From IMG/VR virus record IMGVR_UViG_3300043449_000492, positions 32,001-96,000 of that record: DNA of 64,000 nucleotides; one strand, written 5' to 3'. The position numbers were made by a program, and so were the translations under genes. Source of the stretch: a virus. Shown piece after piece: positions 1 to 11,900 of the stretch; position 1 is the stretch's first letter; every line of letters starts with the position of its first letter. The notes beneath the pieces are model-generated. The model ran no database searches, was not told where the DNA came from, and saw nothing but the letters and a program-made list of their open reading frames with translations.

Positions 1-1292
1 TATCTAATAACATTTCAAAGTTTGTCTTTGCAGAATCTATTGCAGATCGTTATAGAGACAATGTTAGAATTACCACTGTTCAAGGATCATACGGCGGCGT
101 AGATAAAGAAAATATTGAGAGCATTCGTTTTCGTGCTCCTTATTTCTATACTGCACAGAATCGTTGCGTCACAATCAACGATTACGAATCTCTTATTATG
201 AAAGATTATAACAACATTGACTCTGTAGCAATTTGGGGCGGCGAGGACAATGATCCTGTTGTATATGGTAAGGTCTATCTTTCACTTAAGACCAAAAACT
301 TCTATGCTCTATCTAATCTAGAAAAAGAAAAGATTAAAACCTCACTTATCAAGAATCGTAATGTTCTAACAATTATTCCAGAAATTGTTGATCCGGATTA
401 CGTTTATCTTATGATTAGAGGAAGAGTTAAATACAATCCATCGCTAACATACAAGTCAGCAAACGAAATTCAAGATATCGTCAAAGAAGCAGTTGTGCGT
501 TATAGCGATCAAGAACTAAGCAAGTTCAAGTCAACATTTAAAAAGTCAAAACTTCAGGCATATATTGAAGCTTCTGATCCATCTATCACAGGATCGGATA
601 TCTATGTGTTTATGCAAAAGCGTGTTCCAATTAATATTAATCAGACCAAGAACTACTATATCAAGTTTAATGCTCCGCTTACTAAAGGCGACTACGTTAA
701 AAAGCTATACACCTATCCCGAACTATCCGTTCTCGATAGTGGTAATGTAATTCGTCAAGTCTTTTTTGAGGAAGTTCCAAGTTCATTTACAGGTATCGAT
801 GCCATTCAAGTCGTATCTGGAGGTATTAATTATGAGTCAACTCCTATTATCACAATTCAAGGTGATGGTACTGGAGCTACTGCAGTAGCTGAAATGGCAG
901 GCAATAGAGTTAAGTCTATCAAAGTTACTAATAAGGGCGTTAACTATTCAAGAGCCACTGTTCTCATTTCTGGTGGTGGAGGCTCGGAAGCTTATGCTCT
1001 TCCTGTGCTTCAAGCAAGAAACGGAACTATCAGATCATTTTATTATAAGACAAACGGCGAAAAAGTTGTTGTCAACGAAAACGCAGGTACAGTAAACTAT
1101 AATACAGGCGAAGTTGTCCTTACAGCACTTAATCCATTGAATGTTACAAAGAATGAATACTATGGAACTGACATTCTAACACTCAATTCTGTTCCTTTTG
1201 AGGATATCATTGTTCCACAAAGAAATCGAATCCTCTCTATTGACGAAAACAATATTCAAAGCATTCAGCTCGAAATCATTGCGGAAACTTGA
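1..1292 (+). CDS. gp6: Baseplate wedge subunit, T4 gp6-like (5' truncated by window edge)
   Basis: Frame is open from nt 3 (SNNISKFVF...GGVDKENIESIRFRAPYFYTAQNRCVTINDY) into the listed ORF at 198. Motifs 'AIWGGEDNDPVVYGKVYLSLK' and 'GTVNYNTGEV' are typical of gp6. Lies upstream of gp7/gp8. Confidence 0.9.
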   Translation, partial: SNNISKFVFAESIADRYRDNVRITTVQGSYGGVDKENIESIRFRAPYFYTAQNRCVTINDYESLIMKDYNNIDSVAIWGGEDNDPVVYGKVYLSLKTKNFYALSNLEKEKIKTSLIKNRNVLTIIPEIVDPDYVYLMIRGRVKYNPSLTYKSANEIQDIVKEAVVRYSDQELSKFKSTFKKSKLQAYIEASDPSITGSDIYVFMQKRVPININQTKNYYIKFNAPLTKGDYVKKLYTYPELSVLDSGNVIRQVFFEEVPSSFTGIDAIQVVSGGINYESTPIITIQGDGTGATAVAEMAGNRVKSIKVTNKGVNYSRATVLISGGGGSEAYALPVLQARNGTIRSFYYKTNGEKVVVNENAGTVNYNTGEVVLTALNPLNVTKNEYYGTDILTLNSVPFEDIIVPQRNRILSIDENNIQSIQLEIIAET

Positions 1293-4200
1293 TGGACAAC
1301 TCAAACAATAAAACATCATTATTAATTAGTTCTCAGGTACCTCAGTTCGTTAAAGACGATCATGAGACCTTCGTCAATTTCCTTGAAGACTATTATAAGT
1401 TTTTAGAGCAAGATGGTCAGCTAAGTTACGTCCAGAAGAACTTTCTACGTTTTTTGGACATTGACAATATCAATCAAGACATTAAAGAAGATGCTCTTTT
1501 TGAAGGACATACTGAAGAAGGTGGATATCACAGTTTTCTTCAAAAGATGTATGATAACTTTATTGCACTTATTCCTGCAAAAGTTCTTGCTGACAGAACC
1601 CTTATTCTTAAACATGCCAAGGACTTCTATCGTGCCAGAGGCTCTGAGAAGTCTGTTCGCTTTCTTCTACGCATTCTATTCAATAAGGAAATTAGCTTCT
1701 ACTATCCGAGACAAGATGTTCTCAAAGCATCTGACGGTAAGTGGTATATCGAAACTGCTATTAGAGTAGGAAACATTCAAGTCAATAATGTTTCTAATAC
1801 TAGTGCAGCAACTAAGTTCGTATCTAAACAAATTATTGGAGAAACATCAAACACAACGGCCATCGTTGAGTTCGTTGATACATTCTATGATAAAGGCAAA
1901 CTTGTCACTGAGTTAAAAATTTCTAACTTCGATAGAGAATTTTCTGCCAGTGAAATTGTTCACGCAAGATATGAAGAAAATGGAGAAGAAAAGTTTCTTT
2001 CTGGTAGACTCTATTCTGGTAGTATCTCATATGTTAGCTTGATTGATGGAGGTGTAGGTTATACTCTTGGTGAAGAAATTCCTATTGAAGGCGACGGAGC
2101 TAATGCTAAGATTATTGTTTCAAGAGTTACCAAAGGCTCTCTTACATCTATTGGTGTATTGAAACCTGGTGCTGGATTTAAAGTTGATGACAATATCTTC
2201 ATTCTCGGCGGTGGTGGAGACGGAGCTAATGGTCGTGTTTCTATTGTCGATCTATCTAACAAGTATCATCCAAACACATATCAGATTGTCGCTGATCAGA
2301 TTTATCTAGAAGCTAATACGCCAATTGGCAATACAATCTATGCTAATCTAAAACCTGAGATTATCGATCCAGCAAATAACTGGATTGCTAACTCTATGCA
2401 TTACTGGGCATATGCTAACTGTGGTCCTGTTCTCTTTGCTGAACTTGTGAGAGAAGGCGAAGGTTATACATCTATGCCTGTTGCTGATATTCAATCAAAT
2501 ACTGCAGTTAGGTCACTCGGTATTGTAGGTCGCATGGAGATTAGACGAGGTGGAGTGAATTATCAAGTTGGTGACACCATCGAGTTTGATAATCCATATG
2601 GTTCATTTGGCACAGGCGCATATGCTAATGTTACTAATGTTGCTGCTAATGGTATGATTACATCAGTTAACTGGGTCACTCAGCCTGGTCATTTCCCAGG
2701 CGGTGAGGGTTATAATCAAGCTACTCTACCACTAGCAAGAGTCGTTTCTGGAACAGGAAGCAATGCTTATATTGAAGTTGTAGCTACAATTGGTGACGGC
2801 GAACAACTTATTGAATCATCTACAACATTTGGTACAATTCTTGAAATTAAAGTTATTGCGGCAGGCGATGGATTCACCTATGCTCCGTTACTCAATCTTG
2901 CAAATATGTCAACAGGTTCAAACGCATCAGCTCTAGCCTATATTGTTCAAGGCACATATGTCTATCCAGGTCGTTATCTAAACGATGATGGCCATCTATC
3001 ATCTTATAACTTCCTTGAAGATAGAGACTACTATCAGAACTATTCTTATGTTGTTAAGATTGACGAACCTATTAGTAAATATAGAAAGCCCCTTAAGGAT
3101 CTAACTCACCCTGCAGGTATGAAGCTATTTGGTCAGTATGACTTTGTTACTAATAACTCTCTAAATGTTCGCACATCTGCTGCAAATACTATTAATAGCA
3201 AGATGGTTCTTTCTGAGTATTATGTCAATACAAATGATGTGACTAAGAGTGGTTCATATAATGTCAAGACTCTTGTGGGAACTTATGAACCTTATATCGG
3301 AACGGCAACATTCAATATTATGCCGACTTCAACAACGACATATGGTTCTAGAAACTCTAGAATTTATGTTAAGTCATTTAGACATAGCTATAAGTCTGGA
3401 CAAAAAGTATTTCTAAAGTTCAATCAAGGTTATGCAAACATCGTCAATGGACTCTATACCGTTGTAATGGCAAATACCAACTACTTTTCGGTTGATGTTG
3501 TAAATGGAAATACAAACATCATTACTCCTAAGCCTAATACATCTAATCTAGTATTAAGCTCAGGATCAGGTAATACAGTATCATTTATTAACGTAAGTTA
3601 TTGGGTAGCTAACTCAAACAATAAGTTTGACGTTGGCGATACTCTAAATGTTCGTGGCAATCTCGTTAGTGTCGTTTATGCTAGTCAGAACTCTGCGACA
3701 TTTGCAGTCTTTCCTGCAGTATCGGGAAATATTTCTGGTGAGGACTTCATTGTTCTTCAACAACCTTATCCAGCAAATGGTAATGTTATTATATACGATC
3801 CTAAGATTCGTATAAACTATTCCGACAAGAGACAGACTGCAAATGCAAGCGTATATCTCAAATTCCAAACAGACGATACAACATATGAAAATACATTCTA
3901 TGAAGTAACTACTGCTAACTCTGTGGCTTTCTCCGTTCAGCATAGCAATATTGCCAATGCGATAGTCAAGAATGGACTTGTGAGAGTTTATTCAAATACC
4001 ATAGTTGTAACAGCAAATAGTCATGACATTGTTGAAGGAGAGTCAATTTATCTTACATTCACTACTGGCGATGTTGCAAATGCAACCAGTAACTTCTACA
4101 ATGTATATCATTCTACTGCTAATACATTTAATATAGATACTCCTAATACTGTTATGACTGGAGGAGCTGTAGATATCAAGACAGCAAATATCACTGTTAC

Positions 4201-4609
4201 TGTTACTAATCATGGATTTAGAACAGACGATTCGATTTATATGTGGTTCACTTCTGGTGATATCGCAAATGTCTCAAATGGCTACTATACAGTTTTTGTT
4301 AAAGACATAAATACAATGTATATCACAGATTTTGGTGAGAAGATCGGATCTAATGGTGAGCTTACAATCTATAGAGGTTATATGAATGCCACTCTCACTA
4401 GAGCCGATCATGGATATAGTATCGGTGATTATGTTAGAGTAATGTTCGATTCAGGTAATCTCGCCAATATATCAAACGGAATCTACTATGTCAATGATGT
4501 TGCTGATAGTAGCACCTACAACATTGCACACAGAAATATCATTATATCAGGAAATCTAACTAACTTATTACCAAATAATTCAGGTAATGTTTATGTATCT
4601 AAAGCATAA
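1289..4609 (+). CDS. gp7: Baseplate wedge initiator, gp7-like, with C-terminal repeat extension
   Basis: N-terminal 'SQVPQFVKDDHETFVNFLEDYYKFLE', 'KDFYRARGSEKSVRFLLRILF' and 'DYYQNYSYVVK...HPAGMKLFG'; position between gp6 and gp8. Confidence 0.82.
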   Translation: MMDNSNNKTSLLISSQVPQFVKDDHETFVNFLEDYYKFLEQDGQLSYVQKNFLRFLDIDNINQDIKEDALFEGHTEEGGYHSFLQKMYDNFIALIPAKVLADRTLILKHAKDFYRARGSEKSVRFLLRILFNKEISFYYPRQDVLKASDGKWYIETAIRVGNIQVNNVSNTSAATKFVSKQIIGETSNTTAIVEFVDTFYDKGKLVTELKISNFDREFSASEIVHARYEENGEEKFLSGRLYSGSISYVSLIDGGVGYTLGEEIPIEGDGANAKIIVSRVTKGSLTSIGVLKPGAGFKVDDNIFILGGGGDGANGRVSIVDLSNKYHPNTYQIVADQIYLEANTPIGNTIYANLKPEIIDPANNWIANSMHYWAYANCGPVLFAELVREGEGYTSMPVADIQSNTAVRSLGIVGRMEIRRGGVNYQVGDTIEFDNPYGSFGTGAYANVTNVAANGMITSVNWVTQPGHFPGGEGYNQATLPLARVVSGTGSNAYIEVVATIGDGEQLIESSTTFGTILEIKVIAAGDGFTYAPLLNLANMSTGSNASALAYIVQGTYVYPGRYLNDDGHLSSYNFLEDRDYYQNYSYVVKIDEPISKYRKPLKDLTHPAGMKLFGQYDFVTNNSLNVRTSAANTINSKMVLSEYYVNTNDVTKSGSYNVKTLVGTYEPYIGTATFNIMPTSTTTYGSRNSRIYVKSFRHSYKSGQKVFLKFNQGYANIVNGLYTVVMANTNYFSVDVVNGNTNIITPKPNTSNLVLSSGSGNTVSFINVSYWVANSNNKFDVGDTLNVRGNLVSVVYASQNSATFAVFPAVSGNISGEDFIVLQQPYPANGNVIIYDPKIRINYSDKRQTANASVYLKFQTDDTTYENTFYEVTTANSVAFSVQHSNIANAIVKNGLVRVYSNTIVVTANSHDIVEGESIYLTFTTGDVANATSNFYNVYHSTANTFNIDTPNTVMTGGAVDIKTANITVTVTNHGFRTDDSIYMWFTSGDIANVSNGYYTVFVKDINTMYITDFGEKIGSNGELTIYRGYMNATLTRADHGYSIGDYVRVMFDSGNLANISNGIYYVNDVADSSTYNIAHRNIIISGNLTNLLPNNSGNVYVSKA

Positions 4610-4635
4610 ATAATGTCAGATGAAGGAACACGTTT

Positions 4636-5961
4636 TTGACCGCTATTAAGTCTAAAGATTTACAAATCTTCAATGCAGCACGTTTTAAGAAATCCGTGTC
4701 TGGCGTTGGAGCTGCTAATGTTTACTTCACATTTGGAAGAGCATATGCATGGGAAGATGAGTTCGATCCCCCTTTAGCAAATACAAGTATTGATGCATAT
4801 TATGAAGTATGGGATAATATGATCGGCGGTAAGAAAGTTACCGGTAACAATGTTCGTCATGCTATTCCTCGTAATAACTGGACTTCGGGTGCAATCTATA
4901 ATGGTTATGATAATTCTATAGATTCAAATGTTCTTATGAATGGAGAAGTCCCGTTCTATGTCGTTACCGACGAATGGAACGTCTATAAGTGTATTAGTAA
5001 TAACTATGGGGCTCTTTCTACATCTAAGCCAATTTCAATCTCAACAACATCTGATGTTCAGACACAAGACGGTTATATCTGGAAGTATATGTATACCGTA
5101 ACTGCAGAAGAGCAGCTACGATTTGTCACTGACGACTTTATTCCTGTTAGAACACAAGACATTAACGATCAATCACTGCAGTGGCAGGTTCAGAACAACG
5201 CTATCTCCGGTGCCATACATTATATTAAAGTTCTTGAGGGCGGCACATTTTATGCTAATGATATCTCCGTCATCATCAAAGGTGACGGTCAGGACGCTAA
5301 TGCTTTTGCTGTCAGAGACGTTACATCAAATTCAATTTCTGAGATTGTTGTTGATAATCTAGGCATCAATTACACATATGCTGCAATCTCATTCTATTCT
5401 ACGTCTGATGGCAAAGGTGCAGTAGCCCGAGCGGTCATTAGTCCTCCAGGCGGTCATGGATCGGATCCACTTGCTGAGCTTGGTGGTTCAAACATCATAA
5501 TCAATATGACGCTCAAGAATTATGAATTTGGTAAGTTGCCAGTTACAAATGAGTATAGACAGATTGCGCTTGTCGATAGTCCTCTAGTATATAATAAAGA
5601 CACTATTAGCTCAAACGCTGTTGTATCACAAACCACACAGATTGAATTGAATGGTGTGTCATCAGATTACTCAGTAGATGAATGGGTGTTCCAAGGCAGA
5701 AGCTTACCTAATTATACATTCAAGGGTAAAATTGTTGAATGGGATTCAGCAAACAATCTTCTTAAACTTGCTAATGTTACAGGTAAGCCTAAATCAGAGC
5801 TTTTGATTGGTGCTAATACAACGGCAGCTCGATTCCTGTCATCAATTACATATCCAGATTTACAACCTCGTTCTGGAAAAATTCTATATATAGATAACAT
5901 ACTCCCTATTGAACGTGCCGCAGATCAGGCCGAAGATTTCAAACTAGTTTTAAAGTTCTAA
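4636..5961 (+). CDS. gp8: Baseplate wedge subunit gp8
   Basis: 'FYVVTDEWNVYKCISNN', 'DGYIWKYMYT', 'PPGGHGSDPLAELG' and C-terminal 'SGKILYIDN..PIERAADQAEDFKLVLKF'; TTG start after AAGGA. Confidence 0.9.
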   Translation: MTAIKSKDLQIFNAARFKKSVSGVGAANVYFTFGRAYAWEDEFDPPLANTSIDAYYEVWDNMIGGKKVTGNNVRHAIPRNNWTSGAIYNGYDNSIDSNVLMNGEVPFYVVTDEWNVYKCISNNYGALSTSKPISISTTSDVQTQDGYIWKYMYTVTAEEQLRFVTDDFIPVRTQDINDQSLQWQVQNNAISGAIHYIKVLEGGTFYANDISVIIKGDGQDANAFAVRDVTSNSISEIVVDNLGINYTYAAISFYSTSDGKGAVARAVISPPGGHGSDPLAELGGSNIIINMTLKNYEFGKLPVTNEYRQIALVDSPLVYNKDTISSNAVVSQTTQIELNGVSSDYSVDEWVFQGRSLPNYTFKGKIVEWDSANNLLKLANVTGKPKSELLIGANTTAARFLSSITYPDLQPRSGKILYIDNILPIERAADQAEDFKLVLKF

Positions 5962-5976
5962 AAGGAAAAAAGTAAA

Positions 5977-8900
5977 ATGGCTGACAATGTTGATGTTACC
6001 GCAAATTCAGAATTTTTCTATTCTAATGTGCGATCGGTTACGACTAACTTTAACGTAAGTCCGTATTACGACGATTATGACGGTACATCTAATTACTATA
6101 AAATTCTTTTTAAGCCAGGTTATGCGGTTCAGGCTAGAGAACTTACACAGATTCAGTCTATTCTTCAAGAGCAGATCAATCGTTTTGGTCAGCATATCTT
6201 TAAAGAAGGTAGCATGGTTCTTGGAGGAAAATATAATATCGACACCAGAGCCCACTATGTTAAAGTAAAAGATTTTGATTTGTTTGACAATAAAGTTAAT
6301 ATTGACAATTTTAAAAACGAAATTGTTACTGGTCAGCTAACAGGTATCAAAGCATACGTTAATCTTGTAATTGATGGTTCAGAAGGAACCGATACGCCCA
6401 AGACACTTTATGTAACTTATATGTCAGGTAATTCAGATACTGATGAAGTTGTATTTGTTGCTGATGAACCTCTAGTTTCAAATGTTGGTACTCTTATTGT
6501 AGGAAATACTGTTCCTGTTGGTTATGGTTCTGTATTCACAGTCAATGAAGGTATTCGATTTGCTAAAGAGCATTTCATCTACCATAATAAACAGTCAGTA
6601 GTTGTTGATAGATATGACATATTTCCAACATGTAAGGTAGGCTTTGTTCTTGATGAGACAATCATCAATCCATCACAAGATTCTTCGCTACTTGATCCAG
6701 CATTGGAAGCATCAAACTATGCTGCACCCGGTGCAGATAGATTTAAAATTATTCCAACTCTTACTCGTTTGGATATTGACGATGAAGCAGGATTTCCTAA
6801 TTATGTAAATCTATTCACTATTGATAAGGGCAATGTTACTGAGCTTAATGAAAGACCTGTCTATAATGTTATTGCGGATGAAATTGCTAAGAGAACCTAC
6901 GACGAATCAGGTGATTACTATGTTCGTGGTTTCAATACTGTAATTGAGGAACATCTTGATCTTGGAAATGGTGGATATCTTATAGAGTCTAGAGGTGGAG
7001 ATTCTCAGTTACTTTCAATTCAGGTCGAGCCTGGAACTGCTTATGTCAAAGGTTATGAAGTTAACAAGCTTGTTACTGAGTTTTTGACTACAGAAAAGGC
7101 AACATCATTTGCTAATGTCAATGGACAAATTATATCATCGAAAGTTGGTAGCTATATTATAGCAAACAATGTCGTTGGTGCTTGGAATGTTAATATTGGT
7201 CAGAATATTGATCTGTATGATACTGCACAAAAGCGTGTCTTTTTAGGAACTGCATCAACAGCTTCACAGACTGGTAAAAAAATTGGAACTGCCAGAATCA
7301 AATCTTTGTCTAAAGAAGGCGGAAAGTTAGGTTCGCCTGATGGAGCTATTCGTATTCACTTATTCGATGTTAATATGCTCGGATCAAATTCATTTTCTTC
7401 TGTAAAGAGTGTTTACTACAATAATTTGACCACAGCAGATATGGGTGCAGACGTTGTATTAGAATCAGGTTCTGCTAAAATTGCTGACGTATATTCTCCT
7501 CTTCTATATTATGTAGGTTCAAACTACACAAAAACAATTCGTTCACCAGACGGAACGGTTGATACATCTTTCTTCTTTAAGAGAACAACGGACGTTTCTA
7601 TTGATTCATCTGGAGCATTTTCACTCACATCACCAATCGCTTCAGAGAATTTTCCATATGGAACAACTACTCTTTCAGCTAGTGATCTTGATGATATCTT
7701 TTTAAATCTTAATCTAGATAGTCCTATTACTATCGACATAGGAACTGCATCTAGTGGAGCAGGAACAACTGTTCTTAGAACATCAGGAACAGGATTTAGC
7801 ACTCTTAATATTGGCGACAAGATTACTCTTTCAGGAAATGGTAAAATTTACGTTGTTAGTTCAATTGCTAACAACAATACTCTAACAGTAACTCAGACAT
7901 TGCCATCAAGTGTAAGTGCAGCAAACACAATCTATAAGACTTTTCTTAATGGTGACACTATTGAGCTAACGGGCGCCGGTACCGGGGGAAGTAGAAGCGT
8001 TTCAGCTACGCCACTGGCACTTAACTTTAACATTGCTGAAAATTTTGGAACTTCTGTTACAGGCACAGTTACCTATACAATGTATAAATCAAATGCCAGA
8101 GAAATTCGAAAAGTTCTAAGACGCAATCGTTACGTTCTAATCGATTGTTCTACTGCAGGAACTTCTGGTTCATATTATCTAGGTTATTCTGACATTTATG
8201 CTGTTAAATCTGTGCGTAAGGCAACATCATTTACTGCAGTGACTGATGGTGACGATGTTGGATTAAGAACTACTATTGATAGAGGTCAAAGAGATAATTA
8301 TTATGGTACAGGAAAACTTTTTTATAATGGCACACTCACAGCATCCGACAAGCTTTTAGTATGTTTAGATTATTTTGAACCTGATTATACTCTTGGCGTA
8401 GGATATTTCTCCATTGATTCTTATCCAATCGATGATACTGTACCTTCTGCAGACCAGATTAGAACACAAGATATTTCATTCTATATCTCTAAAGATACTG
8501 GTAAAACATATGATTTGAGAAACCATTTAGACTTTAGACCTGTATTTACTAATACAGCAGGTGATGCTACAACAATTGATCAGGTTTTAAACAATGTTGC
8601 AAATAAAAATCCTCCTCAGTCAACGACATTAAGATATGAAGCTAATGGTCTTAGAATACCCGCAGATTCTGAATCAATTATCTATGACTATTCATACTAT
8701 CTCGCTAGAAAGGATATTGTCACCTTAAATAAAAAAGGTGATTTTATGATAATCAAGGGTGTTCCTGCATCAGTTCCTATAACTCCAGCATGTCCACAAC
8801 ATTTAATGTCGATTGCAAAACTTTTTATACCTCCATATCCTTCACTTTCGCCAAGCTATGGTAGATTAATACAAAGAATCGATCTTGCTGCTCATTCAGA

Positions 8901-11900
8901 AAGAACTTCTCAAGTTCGATTCACAATGAAAGATATTGGTGTATTAAAGCAGAGAGTTGACAATCTGGAAAATTATGTGTCACTTTCTCTACTAGAGAAA
9001 TCTGCTCTTGATATGAAGATTTTAGATGAAAATGGACTAGATAGATTTAAGAACGGTATCTTTGTAGATTCATTCACATCATTTGCATTGTCTGATTATA
9101 ACAATCCGGATCATCATATTTGTTATGATCCTAAAGAAGGCTCAATTCGTCCTCTTTTCAATTCACACGGATTAGGTTACAAATACTTTTCAGGTTCTAA
9201 TATTGTAGTTGAAAATAATCTTCTAATGCTTCCTTATACGGAAGTAATGGCACTAACACAACCATATGCTACAACTACTCGTAATGTTGAGACAACCGTA
9301 TATCGATTTATCGGAAAACTATTCTTAGATCCTGATTCTGACTATTGGGTAAATACTGATCGTTTGGCTAGTCAGACTTTCAATTTTGGTGCCACAGATG
9401 CTGATGTGACCCCTTACTCAATTGTTTACGCTTCTTGGCAGACAACTGTAACAGGAGTGACAACTACAGATCCTGTTCTTATCTCTTCTGCAACTGCTTT
9501 AAGTTCAACTTCTCAGACAATCGGCGGAGGACCAGCAGGTGAACAGTCTATTGCTGCATTCTATCAAGGAACGGACATTCTTGATAATATTGGTTCACTT
9601 ATCGATACTTACGGTGCAGATACTCCAGTCACTTGGACGACCTGGGTTGATGGTTATGCAACCAATCATAATGCTACTTTAGGAGATTTTTATCCTGTTG
9701 GTAGATATTTTGGTATTGCTGGAGAAGCAACAACAGCAACAAATTTATATCAACAAATAGGACCAACTATAGGACAATATGCCGGTATTATTAGTCCAGC
9801 AGATAAATTATGGATTTTGCAAAATCCAGGAACTATTGACGTTACTACAACGACAACAACTGCTACAACAACTAATACATATCAAACAACAGCAACAACA
9901 GGTACGCAAGCTACTAGAAACTATAAAGAAACATTTCAGACACTTAAGACCGAATCACATAGCATTGGTGACAAGGTTACAGCAGTTGCTCCAATAGCTG
10001 ATATTCGTCCTCAGACAATTGCGTTCGAAGGGGCAGGTCTCAAGGCAAGCACACGATACTATGTGTATTTTGACGGACAACTTATGTCTGCATATGTAAC
10101 TCCTGGTATAGCTAGTTCAATTCCTTCTAGTTTAGGTAACAATAAGTTTAAAAATCTTATTACTGCTACTGATGTTGAAGGTGGAAAGCTATATTCAGAT
10201 GCTAACGGCTACGTTCATGGATTTCTAAGACTTCCTGTCAATGCTACAAAAACATTTAGAACTGGTACTAAGGAAGTTATTCTTACCGATAGTCCTACAA
10301 ATGAGCCTGATGCTACAGCAGCTGCAAAGGGATACTTTGTAGCACAAGGTATAACACAGACTATTCAAGAGACAATTATCTCAACAGGTCAGGTTATTAC
10401 TACTGAAAAGAGTGGTACAGAATCACAACCAATTCGTTATTCTACGACAACAAACACTTATAGCACAGTAACTTCTACCACAGATGTTGTTGTTGCTAAT
10501 AATAGTATTCCAGGATCTTTAACATTTAATTATATTGATAATCCAAGTTGTATGGCTTATTCATTTAAGCTAACAACACCAAATGCAGAAGAAGGAACAT
10601 TTCTTTCAAGTATTGATGTGTTCTTTGCTGAAAAAGATCCAAATCTTGGTGTTTGGTTTGAAATTCGAGCAATGGATAATGGAGGAACAATCACAAAAAC
10701 TCAAGTTCCTGGATCTGAAGTTTGGCTACAATCAAATCAGGTCAATACTTCCGACAACGGATCGGTGGCAACAAACATTAAGTTTAAAGATCCTGTATTT
10801 TTAATGAACAACCAGGAATATGCTTTCATCATTCATACTGTTGGAATCAATCCAAACTATTATATGTATGTTTGTGTGCTTGGTCAAGCTGACATTATCA
10901 CTAATCAAAAAATCAATAATCGTCCTCTTACAGGCACTTTATTCACCACAAATAATAATACAGATTGGGATATAGTACCGAGAGTGGATCTTAAGATCAC
11001 ATTCAATCGTGCTAAGTTTAGTACCGATGTTGTTGGTGAAGCGATTATTGGTAATAAACGTAATGAATATGTTCAACTTCCATTAACTCAAGCTACGGGT
11101 TCTAATACTGCATGGTTTGGCGATAGAATTAGAGGAAATGATAAGTTACAACTTCAAGCTCCAACTGGTCCTATTAGCGTGGGTGATTATCTGATTGGTC
11201 AGGTAAGCTCAACTAATACAGCAGTTAAAGCTATTGATGGTTCGACATATTCAATGAGTGGCACAGGTTATGTTCAAAATGAGAACATTTCTGTAAGACG
11301 AGCAAACGGAAGTCTTGCAACTGGAGTTACTTCGTCTGTTGTCTCAACTAATACTGCTACTGGAGCAATCTATAAAGTTACACCAAAAAATGACATTACA
11401 GCATTTAATGGAAATAGTGCTATTCTTATTGTTGAAGATTCAAATGGGCTATTTGAGGCTAATGATACACTTCATATGGAATTGACTGGATCAACAGTCT
11501 TCGTAAATAAAGTCACAAAGATGCGTTATTCTTCAATTCAATTTGAACCAAGCTATCTTGATTTTATTCCAACAGATATTAGTTTCTCTATGCTAACAAC
11601 TAGCAATAGCGGTTCAGTAGGCGAATATCAATCAATCGTTGTTAGTAATCCAATGGATTTTGATGATGAAAAAGCATTGTATTCACATTCTGCAGAAATT
11701 GCAAACTTTGGTGGAGCTCCCTCTAATCGTGTCAAGATTAGAATGACAACCACTTCAGATTATTTGACACCTATTGTCAATCTAGATAGAACATACTCAG
11801 TTTATATTGATAATCTTATTAACTCAAATACTTCTGGTGAGCTTTCATCATCTGGTGGAGGTCTAAAAGATAAATACCTTTCACAGGTTGTCACTCTGGC

